A DNA stretch of 64,000 nt from Candidatus Bathyarchaeota archaeon (GTDB lineage Archaea; Thermoproteota; Bathyarchaeia; 40CM-2-53-6): NCBI GenBank assembly GCA_963733055.1, contig CAVTBR010000001.1, forward strand, positions 320,001-384,000, given 5' to 3'. Shown here piece by piece: positions 48,022-57,821 of the stretch. Made by a program: the position numbers and the translations under genes. Under the pieces are notes generated by a model, which ran no database searches, was not told where the DNA came from, and was given only the letters and a program-made list of their open reading frames with translations. Within the stretch, counting starts at the first letter, position 1. Every line of letters begins with the position of its first letter.

Positions 48022-48851
48022 TTGGTCTTTAACCCCCTTGTAAAATCACCAGACGCACTAGTCCATCTCAGGAGGAAAGACTCACGAAATATTCGGATGA
48101 ATCCGGGGTTTTTCGTGTGGTTGGGTGTGTAAACGATAGGGTTCCAGTGGCGTTCTGCCTCCTCGGCTGCCCAAATCAAAAAGACGAGATCCCTGTTATC
48201 GACCAACGTTCCTCTAACCGGGTGCCATGGATCAGGAGAATTTCTGAATTCAATCCCAATGCTGGACAACTCGTCCACTTGCTTTCCTACGGGGCTGTCT
48301 TCAAACTGCATTAGGATCTTGACTTTGACTCCTCTTTTCACGGCGCGTCTCAGCTGAACCTTAATCTTTGGCAACCATGAGAACAACGCCGTAGAAATCA
48401 ACACCTCGTTACCGGCTTTGTCAAGGTAATTATTCGTTCTATTTTCCATTGTTCGGAGATCCGCGAGCGGTTCGAGTAGTTCCTCAGCTTTCACTTGTAG
48501 GTGGCTTTCTACGTAGATTGGTTCCACCTGTCTTTGCAGATGCCTGAGGGTTTCATCGATCGCACCAAGCTCCGTTTCGAAGTTGTGCCGTAGATGTGTT
48601 ACGTATTCGCGCTTTGCCTGTTCAGGCGAGACCGCATGATATCTCTTCGGCCTTCCTTGAACAATTTTCGCGAACCCTTTCTGCATTAACTGCTCGAGAG
48701 TACCGTACACTCGTGTTATTGGAACCGACGTGCTTCTGGAGATCTCCTCCGCGGTCATCATTCTCTTGGAGAGCAAAGCGACGTAAGCCTCCGATTCATA
48801 GGTGGTGAGCCCTACCTGCCGGAGGTACTCCATAAGTCGAGATGATGACAT
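48018..48851 (-). CDS. TrmB-family transcriptional regulator
   Basis: GLTTYESEAYVALL, VPITRVY, GRPKRY. Confidence 0.9.
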   Translation of the reverse strand: MSSSRLMEYLRQVGLTTYESEAYVALLSKRMMTAEEISRSTSVPITRVYGTLEQLMQKGFAKIVQGRPKRYHAVSPEQAKREYVTHLRHNFETELGAIDETLRHLQRQVEPIYVESHLQVKAEELLEPLADLRTMENRTNNYLDKAGNEVLISTALFSWLPKIKVQLRRAVKRGVKVKILMQFEDSPVGKQVDELSSIGIEFRNSPDPWHPVRGTLVDNRDLVFLIWAAEEAERHWNPIVYTPNHTKNPGFIRIFRESFLLRWTSASGDFTRGLKTK

Positions 48852-48852
48852 A

Positions 48853-48871
48853 TTAACTCCTATAGAGTTAA
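48853..48871. promoter_or_regulatory. Perfect dyad TTAACTC-N5-GAGTTAA in a divergent promoter
   Basis: Sits in the 64-bp gap between the trmB and sugar dehydrogenase starts. Confidence 0.5.
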
Positions 48872-48915
48872 AAACAGTTAAATATTTCCCTAGACGTCGT
48901 ACAAAAGATATTTCG

Positions 48916-50313
48916 ATGTCTTCTACAACTTCGCAAGGTCCACTCTCACTGGAACCCGGTGAGATAGCAGTCAGAATCCGTGACGGCGAACTCACAATCG
49001 GAGTGGTAGGCTTAGGTTGGATGGGCTTACCGACCGCATGCCTCTATGCTGAAGCTGGGGCGCGAGTCATTGCGGCTGACATGAATCCGAAGGTTGTCGA
49101 AAGGGTCTCCAAGGGGGACCCTCCGATCGATGAACCCGGCCTCCCCGCTATGTTGAAGAAAGCAATTAGGTCCAACAAGTTTTCGGCTACGACAAACACC
49201 GAGGAGGCAGCTTCCAAATCTGACATAATCTTCATCGTCGTTCCGACTATGATTGATAGGCAGAAGAGAGCCGACTATTCTGCGGTAGAAGATGCATGCG
49301 TAAGTATTGGCAAAGGTTTGAAGAACGGTAGCCTAGTTATTTTCCAAAGTACCTGTGGGCCGGGGGTCACCGAGCGTGTTGTGAAGGGAACGCTCGAGAA
49401 GTATTCGGGCCTCACCGCGGGGCAAGGGTTTGGATTAGTTTACAGTCCGATTCGAGCGATGGGCGGTAGAGCCCTTCAGGATATGCAAACCTACAGCAAA
49501 ATCGTGGGGGCGGTTGATATGAGAAGCCTTGAGGCTGGGTGCGCGGTGATTTCAGTTATCGTAAAAGGAGAACTTTTGCGTGTTCGGGACATTAGGACCG
49601 CTGAACTCTCCAAGCTCTTCGAAACGATATATCGGGACGTGAATATTGCGCTCGCCAACGAATTTGCGTTGCTCTGCGAAGAGGTAGGCGTTGACTACTC
49701 TGAAACTAGGAGAGCAGCTAACAGTCAACCATACTCCCACCTTCACTCCACAGGCGTCGGCGTTGGCGGCCATTGTTTACCCGTCTACCCATACCTCTTG
49801 CAAAGTGAAACGTACACGCTCGATGCGAAACTTAGACTCGTTCTCGATGGAAGAAAGATCAACGATCTAATGCCCCGACACGTAGTCAAGTTAGCTTCGG
49901 ATGGAATACGCGTTTGCGGGAGGTCGATTAAGAGGGCTAAGGTTGTAGTGCTGGGTATCAGTTACCGCCCTAACGTGAAAGAGACGCGCTTCTCGCCTTC
50001 GCTCGATCTAATTGCTACCTTGAAGAAACGTGGGGCCCGAGTTGTTGTATTTGACCCCTTGTTCACTGCCTCAGAGATGGAATCTTATGGCTTGACCTCG
50101 GAACCAACTCTGCGTAAGGCGGTTGAGAAGGCAGATTGTGTGATCGTTACCGTGGCGCATGACGAATTCAAGAAGATGGACACCATCGAACTTGCAGCGC
50201 ACATGTCGAAGAAGGGATTGATTGTGGACTGCACCGGGTTTCTTGATCCTGCGAGCGTGGAGAAGAGTGGCCTGGTTTATCGTGGGGTTGGCAGGGGGCT
50301 GTGGACGCGATGA
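48916..50313 (+). CDS. UDP-N-acetylhexosamine 6-dehydrogenase (WbpA/WecC family)
   Basis: GLGWMG, KLFETIYRDVNIALANE, GVGGHCLP. Confidence 0.9.
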   Translation: MSSTTSQGPLSLEPGEIAVRIRDGELTIGVVGLGWMGLPTACLYAEAGARVIAADMNPKVVERVSKGDPPIDEPGLPAMLKKAIRSNKFSATTNTEEAASKSDIIFIVVPTMIDRQKRADYSAVEDACVSIGKGLKNGSLVIFQSTCGPGVTERVVKGTLEKYSGLTAGQGFGLVYSPIRAMGGRALQDMQTYSKIVGAVDMRSLEAGCAVISVIVKGELLRVRDIRTAELSKLFETIYRDVNIALANEFALLCEEVGVDYSETRRAANSQPYSHLHSTGVGVGGHCLPVYPYLLQSETYTLDAKLRLVLDGRKINDLMPRHVVKLASDGIRVCGRSIKRAKVVVLGISYRPNVKETRFSPSLDLIATLKKRGARVVVFDPLFTASEMESYGLTSEPTLRKAVEKADCVIVTVAHDEFKKMDTIELAAHMSKKGLIVDCTGFLDPASVEKSGLVYRGVGRGLWTR

Positions 50314-51269
50314 AGAAACTTCGGATTGCGGTAATCGGAACTGGATTTTGGGGCAAGAATCAGGCTCGGGTGCTATCCCAACTGGACCAAACGCAGCTCA
50401 TGTCCATCTGCGATGTTGATGCGCATAGAGCGCAAGCGGTGGCCTCGGAATTTCATGTCCCGTATTCCACGAATTTAGACGAGATGCTCTCACGCAGTGA
50501 TATCGACGCGGTAACTGTCTGCACACCTACGATCACCCATAAGAAAATCGCCACTCAAGCGTTGCGCGCTGGGAAACATACCATGGTTGAAAAACCAATG
50601 ACCAACACTGTAGCCGAAGCTCGCGAGCTAGTTACTCTAGCTTCTCAGAGCGGGCTCAGGCTAATGCCTGGTCACATTGAACGATTCAATCCCCCCGTAG
50701 TCTACCTCAAATCACTCCTCAACGAACACAAACTAGGAACAGTTACGCTATTTCACGCGAGACGCGTCGGTAAGTGGCCTGAAAGAATTGGAGACGTTGG
50801 CGTCGTTCGGGACACCGCCATCCATGATATCGATTTGGCTCGGTACATTTTCGGAGACGAGGCCAGATCTGTCCACGCTAAGACCGGTAGCATAAGGCAC
50901 ACAAAAGAAGACTACGCGGAAATCATGCTCGAATTCAAGAACGGAGGGACGGCTTTCATCGACGCAAACTGGTTAACGCCAAGAAAGACACGAACGCTGA
51001 TCGTTACGGGAAGCGACGCCACAGTTCAGCTCGACTATCTATCGCAAGAGATTTCTATTGAAGATGCGGAGAGATCTATTAAGCCAAACCTGGAGAAACA
51101 AGAGCCTTTACGGATAGAGCTTGCACACTTCGCTGACTCGATCCTTAACGATAAACCATTCATGGTCAACGGGGAGGATGGACTAAGGGCGGTGGAGATC
51201 TGCGAAGTTGTTCTGAAAGCCGGATCATCCGGGCAAACGATTCCAATCGCAATATCCCCAGTCACCTAA
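50310..51269 (+). CDS. Gfo/Idh/MocA oxidoreductase (WbpB-like)
   Basis: GTGFWG, VEKP, GHIERFNP, DTAIHDID. Confidence 0.88.
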   Translation: MKKLRIAVIGTGFWGKNQARVLSQLDQTQLMSICDVDAHRAQAVASEFHVPYSTNLDEMLSRSDIDAVTVCTPTITHKKIATQALRAGKHTMVEKPMTNTVAEARELVTLASQSGLRLMPGHIERFNPPVVYLKSLLNEHKLGTVTLFHARRVGKWPERIGDVGVVRDTAIHDIDLARYIFGDEARSVHAKTGSIRHTKEDYAEIMLEFKNGGTAFIDANWLTPRKTRTLIVTGSDATVQLDYLSQEISIEDAERSIKPNLEKQEPLRIELAHFADSILNDKPFMVNGEDGLRAVEICEVVLKAGSSGQTIPIAISPVT

Positions 51270-51277
51270 GATCGTTG

Positions 51278-51634
51278 TTACCGAGCTTTGAAATCTCGGA
51301 TGAAGCTCCAAGCGAACAAATCGGCCCGCTTCTCCACCTGCCTATTCTTTCCTTGGTCGGAGGATCTTAGATGATGGTAGAATTCATGCAAGATAACGAA
51401 TGGATTCGTCACGAAACTGCTGTTTGACAAGTAAATTCTACGTTCCTTCTCAACATAGCAGGCCAAAACCTTCCGGTGACGCTTGACGGTCCCCACGCGA
51501 AGTGTGGGCTCGCTCACTCCATAGTATTTGGCGAGTAACCGCAAGGCACGTTCCGGACTACCGTCGACGATTAAGTGAACTATTCTAGCTCTGAATTCCT
51601 GCATGGAATCAGGAGTAACCTGGGGTGTTTGCAT
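51278..51634 (-). CDS. Small HExxH metallopeptidase-like protein
   Basis: ILHEFYHH followed by EKRADLFA. Confidence 0.7.
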   Translation of the reverse strand: MQTPQVTPDSMQEFRARIVHLIVDGSPERALRLLAKYYGVSEPTLRVGTVKRHRKVLACYVEKERRIYLSNSSFVTNPFVILHEFYHHLRSSDQGKNRQVEKRADLFAWSFIRDFKAR

Positions 51635-51700
51635 CTCTTTCGACCTCGAAAGTGGTATATTTCAGTGGACGGTTGACTCTAACTACAGGTTGGTTGAGTA

Positions 51701-51979
51701 TTGAAGCGGAAGTTAATGGACATACTGGCTTGCCCGATTGACAAATTCTATCCGTTAGAATTGCTCGTGTTCGAAGAAAAGGAAGAGGTCGGGTTTGGGA
51801 TTATTACCTGCCCTAAATGTAACCGATGGTACCCAATCATTGACGAAATACCACACATGCTGCCGGACGAACTGAGGGAACAGAATGAAGATGTACCGTT
51901 CCTGCAAAAATGGAAAAGCCAAATTCCTCAGAAGACGCTTGAGGAAGGTAAGCCGTTTAATCTCAAAGCCTCAACCTAA
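51701..51979 (+). CDS. trm112: Trm112 methyltransferase activator
   Basis: MDILACP, CPKCNRWYPIIDEIPHML. Confidence 0.92.
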   Translation: MKRKLMDILACPIDKFYPLELLVFEEKEEVGFGIITCPKCNRWYPIIDEIPHMLPDELREQNEDVPFLQKWKSQIPQKTLEEGKPFNLKAST

Positions 51980-51987
51980 GCAACCCA

Positions 51988-52386
51988 TTGAGTGAACAAA
52001 CCGTGGACAAGCGAATCATCAGAACCCAAAATGCACCCCAACCCATAGGCCCATACTCTCAGGCAACCATGGTCGATGGATTCCTGTTTGTGTCCGGGCA
52101 GGGCGCAATAGATCCATCATCGGGCCAGGTAGTCGGAACGGACATCGAGGCTCAAACCAAACAGACGCTGAAAAATGTGCAGAGCATAATAGAAGCCTCA
52201 GGGCTATCATTGCTCGACGTGGTAAAAGTCTCAATCTTTCTGAAAAATATGGCCGACTTCAAGAACATGAACGACGTCTACAAAACATTCTTCACCCAAG
52301 ACCCACCCAGCAGAACAACAGTAGAAGTCAACTTGCCACTTCCAAACATGTTAATCGAGATCGATGCCATCGCACACCGCGCTTAA
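51988..52386 (+). CDS. ridA: RidA enamine/imine deaminase
   Basis: IGPYSQA, SGQ, PSRTTVEV, IEIDAIA. Confidence 0.93.
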   Translation: MSEQTVDKRIIRTQNAPQPIGPYSQATMVDGFLFVSGQGAIDPSSGQVVGTDIEAQTKQTLKNVQSIIEASGLSLLDVVKVSIFLKNMADFKNMNDVYKTFFTQDPPSRTTVEVNLPLPNMLIEIDAIAHRA

Positions 52387-52480
52387 CCGCTGAAATCTTG
52401 AGGCAACGATTCCGACAATTCCACTGTGAAAACTTGAACCAAACAACCTTGTTCGCCGACCGCGAAGACTTCGGATAACC

Positions 52481-53719
52481 TTGACACCGATCACATTCAT
52501 CGACTCACAGACCGCCGGCATATCTGGGGATATGCTGCTCGGCGCTCTCATCGACACCGGCGCAAAACTTGACTCAATTCAACATGTACTAGATCTAATA
52601 CCGAACCATTTCCCGAGATGCAAATCGATCAAACTAGACGCGAGGGAAGTAAAGAAACACGGCTTCCGAGCGTGCCGTGCAGAACTAACGATTACTGAGC
52701 AACCCGCTGAGACCAAGGCGCAGGAACTTGTGCGAGCAACTGATGAAATTGCGAATTCCTCGAAACTAAGCAAAAACGCGGTAGCGTTCGCGAAGAATTC
52801 CATTAAAACCCTAACCGACGTTGAGAGCAAACTTCACGGCGACGAAATCTCTAAGGTACACCTACACGAAGCAGGATCAACTGACACCCTCGCCGACATA
52901 TTCGGCACGGCGGCCGCATGCGATTCGTTGAATATTTTCGAAGGAAAGATTTACTCATCCCCTGTTGCTGTCGGCGGCGGGTCGGTCACTTTCTCACACG
53001 GGACGGTCTCAGTACCAGCACCCGCCGTACTCGAAATTGTTCGCAGATATCACATCCCGATCGTGGGCGGCCCGGCGAATGAGGAATTGACCACTCCAAC
53101 TGGCATTTCGATGCTCGCCAGTTTGGCAGCAGGTTTCCTTGATCGCTCTCCTCCGATGGTTCCTGAGAGAGTAGGGTACGGTGCGGGACAAAGGGAACTA
53201 GGGTCCTCTCCGAACATGCTTCGCGTTGTAGTAGGACAAGGCGGAGAACAGAAGTTTGAATCCGACTTGGTTGAAGTACTCGAGACGAATCTGGATGATG
53301 TCTCCGGAGAAATAGTTGGCAGCACTTTGCAACGCCTTCTCGAATCCGGAGCAAAGGATGCGTGGGTCACTTCGGCCCAATACAAGAAAAACCGTCCAGG
53401 GTACGTATTACACGCACTCTGTGTGCCGAACGATTTGCAGAAGATCACTGAGATCGTCATGGCGGAAACTGGTACGCTCGGGGTCAGGCATCAGCAATGG
53501 AATCGACTCATACTAGAGAGGGAAACAGTAACCATCAAAGTACCGTTCGAGGATAAGACGTTCAGTGTGCGAATCAAGATCGCAAGAGACAAGTCCGGAG
53601 AGATTCTTGGCATGAAACCCGAGTTCGATGATTTGGATTCAATCGCGCGGACACTCTCTCTTCCGGTACGCGAAGTATCAGCTCGTGTGCTTCAAGAGGC
53701 AAGAAAGTCGCCGCCATGA
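52481..53719 (+). CDS. larC: Nickel pincer cofactor nickel insertase LarC
   Basis: GISGDMLLGAL, HLHEAG, ELTTPTG, ETNLDD, ETGTLGVR. Confidence 0.92.
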   Translation: MTPITFIDSQTAGISGDMLLGALIDTGAKLDSIQHVLDLIPNHFPRCKSIKLDAREVKKHGFRACRAELTITEQPAETKAQELVRATDEIANSSKLSKNAVAFAKNSIKTLTDVESKLHGDEISKVHLHEAGSTDTLADIFGTAAACDSLNIFEGKIYSSPVAVGGGSVTFSHGTVSVPAPAVLEIVRRYHIPIVGGPANEELTTPTGISMLASLAAGFLDRSPPMVPERVGYGAGQRELGSSPNMLRVVVGQGGEQKFESDLVEVLETNLDDVSGEIVGSTLQRLLESGAKDAWVTSAQYKKNRPGYVLHALCVPNDLQKITEIVMAETGTLGVRHQQWNRLILERETVTIKVPFEDKTFSVRIKIARDKSGEILGMKPEFDDLDSIARTLSLPVREVSARVLQEARKSPP

Positions 53720-53738
53720 ATGGTGCGCGCACACACAC
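53717..53738. repeat. att-like repeat copy D
   Basis: TGAATGGTGCG followed by CGCACACACAC; the 11-mer recurs at 54763-54773. Confidence 0.5.
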
Positions 53739-53800
53739 TAGGTTAACGGTTCGAATTCGTACGCCCGCGGTGCTCACACGAGAGCTGACTGGCGTTTGGA

Positions 53801-54526
53801 CTATGTTAGAAGTTCCATCAATCCTTTTGAGTTAACTCTCAGTTTTCTCCAGTCAGTTGGATGCGGGTTTCCTTTCATACTCTTGACGCGTAGGACATGC
53901 TCCAACACGTCCGACTTCTCTCTGTACTCTAGCTCTATGATCCCATCCGCCAACGATTCCAGGACTGCGTATAGGGAATCGTTGTGAACGCGCTTGTTGA
54001 AGGACCAGAGCCTGACGCCTTTCATTTCTCGAATGTGGGGTACAATCTTATCCAACCATTGTGTGAAGACGCGTTCTTCGTTATATCTTAGGAACGGCGA
54101 GAAATTATCCGTAACGACGAAGTCATAATGCGGCATGCTTTTTCTCAGCCATGTCGTCCCAAAGTCTATGCTCGCCTTTGCCAGCGACAGCGAATCAGCT
54201 GTATCGGCCTCGTCAGATTTGCGTCCGATCTGCCACGTGTAAATGTCACTTATGCTAAACCTGTTAGCTACTTCGGTTTCTTTCAAATTGGGAACGGCTA
54301 AACTCATGACTCTTCTTATCTCGGTAGGAGGAGTGTTGGTTGTTGTGATGTTAACCTCGTATCCCTTTTGGAGAAGCGAAGATGCCAAGGTCACGATGAA
54401 GGAAAGCCAATGAGCCGCCGGGTCGTAGAATCCTATCAGTAGCTTTCCTCTTTCAATCTCCCGTCCCAGTACGTCCGAAATTATAGGCACCCATATGCCC
54501 TCCGAATCAAACCTTTCCGCCGTCAA
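53801..54526 (-). CDS. Inactive KaiC/RAD55-like protein, paralog of 23531-24229
   Basis: YDPAAHW in place of Walker A, RYNEE, LESLADGIIEL, LRVKSMKG. Confidence 0.75.
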   Translation of the reverse strand: MTAERFDSEGIWVPIISDVLGREIERGKLLIGFYDPAAHWLSFIVTLASSLLQKGYEVNITTTNTPPTEIRRVMSLAVPNLKETEVANRFSISDIYTWQIGRKSDEADTADSLSLAKASIDFGTTWLRKSMPHYDFVVTDNFSPFLRYNEERVFTQWLDKIVPHIREMKGVRLWSFNKRVHNDSLYAVLESLADGIIELEYREKSDVLEHVLRVKSMKGNPHPTDWRKLRVNSKGLMELLT

Positions 54527-54778
54527 GGCAATCTATCCCCCACACTTTTCAAAACCGCGTCTTCCCATTAAACACGTCCAATCAAGAGCGTCATGGCTTT
54601 ATCCAATTCTCAACCAGAAAACAACTCTCGCAACTGAGAAACATGTCATCTTGATTTGATGAAAGGGAGTCGTGGGGTTACAGGATTCCAACCAGGACGA
54701 TCACGGTCGTGGCATTCCTCATGCGGCCTGTTGTTGTTCACTGTTTGTAAAGTAGCTGCACGTGAATGGTGCGAACGT

Positions 54779-57652
54779 CTAGGCTCTCCGCTTAATGTAT
54801 TCCATGGCTGCGAGAGCGGGTAAGAGGCTTCCTGTCACTAGGGCCGCAAGCACCAGGCCTGCGCTGGAAACCATCATAGAAACGGGCAACGCAAAGGCTT
54901 CGGAAACTAAGAAGGCCGCAAGCAGTATGTCAAACCCGAGCGCGATTACTCTCGTCAGTCTGCTCTTCGCTTCTGTGCTGAGTCTACGTCTTAGGAGCCA
55001 GAGTGTACAGAAAGCGGGAAATGCGAAGTACGCGAGACCGATTAGGGAACCAGCTAACAAACCAGTGACTAGGGCTGCGAATTCTGGCACGGGACCGAAT
55101 AGCCTGAACGTGGATGAGGAGATTTGCAATATTCCAATCAGTGGATAGAGTACCGTTCTCGCTAGACCCCGTGAACTTGGGCTTGTAGACTCATATCCGG
55201 CTACGGACGGGCTGAAAGAATAGTACCAGGCGTTGAAGGCGGTCATGAAGTTGGATCCCGCGAATGTGTTCATGATTTGCTGGTCGCGGAAGTCTCTGAG
55301 GAACTGTACTTGCGGTGCAAGTTCTGATCCATAGGTAGCGGTTGCGATGAGGCATGGAGAAACGCGGACTGTGATCGTTAATGAGTGCGTACGTGAGGGG
55401 GTGGAGCTTGTACCCGTTACCGTAAGCTGGTAAGTGCCTACCGTACTCTTGGGCGCGGTTATCACCATGGAGTCCTGGGCGATACCGCCATTCGGCTGTA
55501 GGAAGACGGCCGAGGGCGTGAAGGTAACAGCAAGCCCGGAGGACGGCGAGAATGTGCCGCCCAGCGTAACGTTCCCGTTGAAGTAACCAGTCGACTGCAG
55601 AGTTATGGTCGTAGCGGTTCTCGAACTCTGCACGAGAACAATTTCTGTAACGGGCGAGGAGAGGTTGAAGTCACGCGGAAGTTCACTTATTGTCAAGACT
55701 GGCGTCGGGGTCGCGGTGTGAGTAAGCCCCGCGCCTGTCGTTCCAGTGATTGTGATTGGGTAAGTTCCCCCTGGCGTGTTCACAGTCGTAAACACGTTGA
55801 TCGTTGACGTGAATAATGGAGTTCCTCCCGGGTTGGTGAAGGAGTAACTAACACCAGACGGAAAACCAGATGCAGTTAGATTCACGATCTGAGGGCTCCC
55901 GCTGAGTAGCGTGACCGTGAGTCCGAACGATGCTGACCCTCCCTGGGTCACGGTCGCGGTCGTTGGCCCCGTAACACCGACACTAAAATCAAATGACGGC
56001 GGCACAACTGTTTGAATCTTCAGCGTGATGATGGCTGCTTGCACTTGGCCCCCGCTGCTCGCTTGAACGGTCATCGGAAAAGTCCCGGTAGGAGTTGAGT
56101 TTGTGGTCGTGAATGTGAGTGTTGAGGTGAATGGCGGATTCTGTGACTGCGGATTGAAAACTGCGGTGACGCCTGTCGGGGTGTTAAGGAGGCTGAGTTG
56201 AAGTGACTGCGGGTAGCCGCTCAAGAGCGTTACGTTCAACGCGAATGTTGTAGACTGTCCAGGGTTTATGGTTTGCAGGCTTGGAGTTGTGGTGATTCGA
56301 AAGAGGTATTGAATACTAAAACGACCGATCCTGTTAGCCGTCACATTGTTCTCCGTGAACCAAACATTTCCTTGTGTATCCACGGCGACATGAGATGGCC
56401 TAGAAGTGTTCGTGGGAAGACTGTACTCTGTGACGCCGTTGATGGGACCCTGGTGAATGTTGACTGTAGTTGAAGCCGGATTTTGGATTTTGGAGACTCC
56501 AGCGACTCGATTAATCGTGCTGGTAGCATTGCTCGTCGCCGTCGTCGAAGGGGCGGAGCAAGGGGATCCTGACAATGGAGGGATGGTGCAATACGTGGGG
56601 GTGAATAGTTGTCCGGCGAGCGCAAGGGTGGTGTTCAGGTTGGCTATGTTTGCAACATTGTTCTCAGCGAACCAGGCCGCGTTGCGGGGGGAATCATACG
56701 TTATACCCATGGGACCGGAAGCGAGCGTAGGCAGAACTGTTTGTTGGTAAAGAGATCCTCCGCCGGTATCGTTCCCAAGAACAGAGATTATGTTGTTCGT
56801 GTTCGTGAATATTGCAACTGGTAGAGTTTGAAATACTCCCATAACGAGATCAGTGGGTTGATATAATCCAAAGCCCGTCAGAGTACCTAGATCCCAGAGA
56901 GTCAGAGTATTGCTTGTGACCTCTAATCGACCTATCTTGTTGCCGAGGTTCTCTGTGAACCAGACAAAACGATTGTTGTACGACGGCCGGGTTACAAGTT
57001 GAACGTATATTCCCCATGGTTGTAATGACGGCGATCCAGGAGTCGAAGTAGCTCCTGGCAGAGTCCATTCTGTTAGATGGCTGTTACTCGGGGTGAGGCG
57101 CCCTATGATGTCTCGTCCGGCCTCTGTGAACCATACGTCGTTGTTATCGTCCACGTAGATTCCTAGGGGGTTGCTTCCTGCAGGAAGAGTCCATTCGGTG
57201 AGGTTGCTCGTGGAGGTGTCGAATCGGGCAATCTTGTTCGAGGCATACTCGGTGAAGAAAACTTGGGTTACGGAGGCGTTAGGAGTCGTGACTAATTTTA
57301 CGAATACGTTGCGCGGTTGGCTGTTTGCCGTTGTGATGTTCCATTCGGTGAAGTTGTTGTTTGTGGGATCAAATCTAGCAAACTTGTTTGTCGCGTATTC
57401 CGTGAACCATACTCTGCGATTCGTATCAGTGGCTATACCGTATGGTTGAGAGGCGGATGTAGGGATGGTCCATTCATTGAGTGCGAATTTCTGAATTGGG
57501 CTTGGAGCGTCGACGTGTAGGTTGGAGGGTGATTCGGCCGCTGCTGGAGCCATCACCGTGGAAGTAATTGTTGATAGTATAATCAAGCCCGTGATGAGGA
57601 CGACTAGGCTGAGGCTCCTACTACGCAGCATTCTAGACTTGAATAACGACAT
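54779..57652 (-). CDS. Large exported protein: Vgb-like beta-propeller, Ig-like repeats, CFI-box-CTERM-like domain
   Basis: Repeats VWFTE...NxIGR, T/S-rich beta-sandwich repeats, PCLIATATYGSELAPQVQFLRDFRD...YYSFSP, terminal TMs. Confidence 0.85.
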   Translation of the reverse strand: MSLFKSRMLRSRSLSLVVLITGLIILSTITSTVMAPAAAESPSNLHVDAPSPIQKFALNEWTIPTSASQPYGIATDTNRRVWFTEYATNKFARFDPTNNNFTEWNITTANSQPRNVFVKLVTTPNASVTQVFFTEYASNKIARFDTSTSNLTEWTLPAGSNPLGIYVDDNNDVWFTEAGRDIIGRLTPSNSHLTEWTLPGATSTPGSPSLQPWGIYVQLVTRPSYNNRFVWFTENLGNKIGRLEVTSNTLTLWDLGTLTGFGLYQPTDLVMGVFQTLPVAIFTNTNNIISVLGNDTGGGSLYQQTVLPTLASGPMGITYDSPRNAAWFAENNVANIANLNTTLALAGQLFTPTYCTIPPLSGSPCSAPSTTATSNATSTINRVAGVSKIQNPASTTVNIHQGPINGVTEYSLPTNTSRPSHVAVDTQGNVWFTENNVTANRIGRFSIQYLFRITTTPSLQTINPGQSTTFALNVTLLSGYPQSLQLSLLNTPTGVTAVFNPQSQNPPFTSTLTFTTTNSTPTGTFPMTVQASSGGQVQAAIITLKIQTVVPPSFDFSVGVTGPTTATVTQGGSASFGLTVTLLSGSPQIVNLTASGFPSGVSYSFTNPGGTPLFTSTINVFTTVNTPGGTYPITITGTTGAGLTHTATPTPVLTISELPRDFNLSSPVTEIVLVQSSRTATTITLQSTGYFNGNVTLGGTFSPSSGLAVTFTPSAVFLQPNGGIAQDSMVITAPKSTVGTYQLTVTGTSSTPSRTHSLTITVRVSPCLIATATYGSELAPQVQFLRDFRDQQIMNTFAGSNFMTAFNAWYYSFSPSVAGYESTSPSSRGLARTVLYPLIGILQISSSTFRLFGPVPEFAALVTGLLAGSLIGLAYFAFPAFCTLWLLRRRLSTEAKSRLTRVIALGFDILLAAFLVSEAFALPVSMMVSSAGLVLAALVTGSLLPALAAMEYIKRRA

Positions 57653-57821
57653 CTAGCGCACTCTCAGGGCATCCTACGTTCGGAATAAAAGCGGTTTTAG
57701 CTAATTATACAGCAAACCATGTCAGCTATCGAGCTTGAAGCATACTATCCTGACACAAACGATGTCAAGCCTCATCTCTTCTTCGATCCACCCAAAATGC
57801 TAGAATCTAAGCCATTTGCGC

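Noticed and set aside
48802-48995. Apparent head-to-head overlap of trmB and the dehydrogenase
   Set aside because: Likely starts are 48851 and 48916, leaving a normal divergent gap
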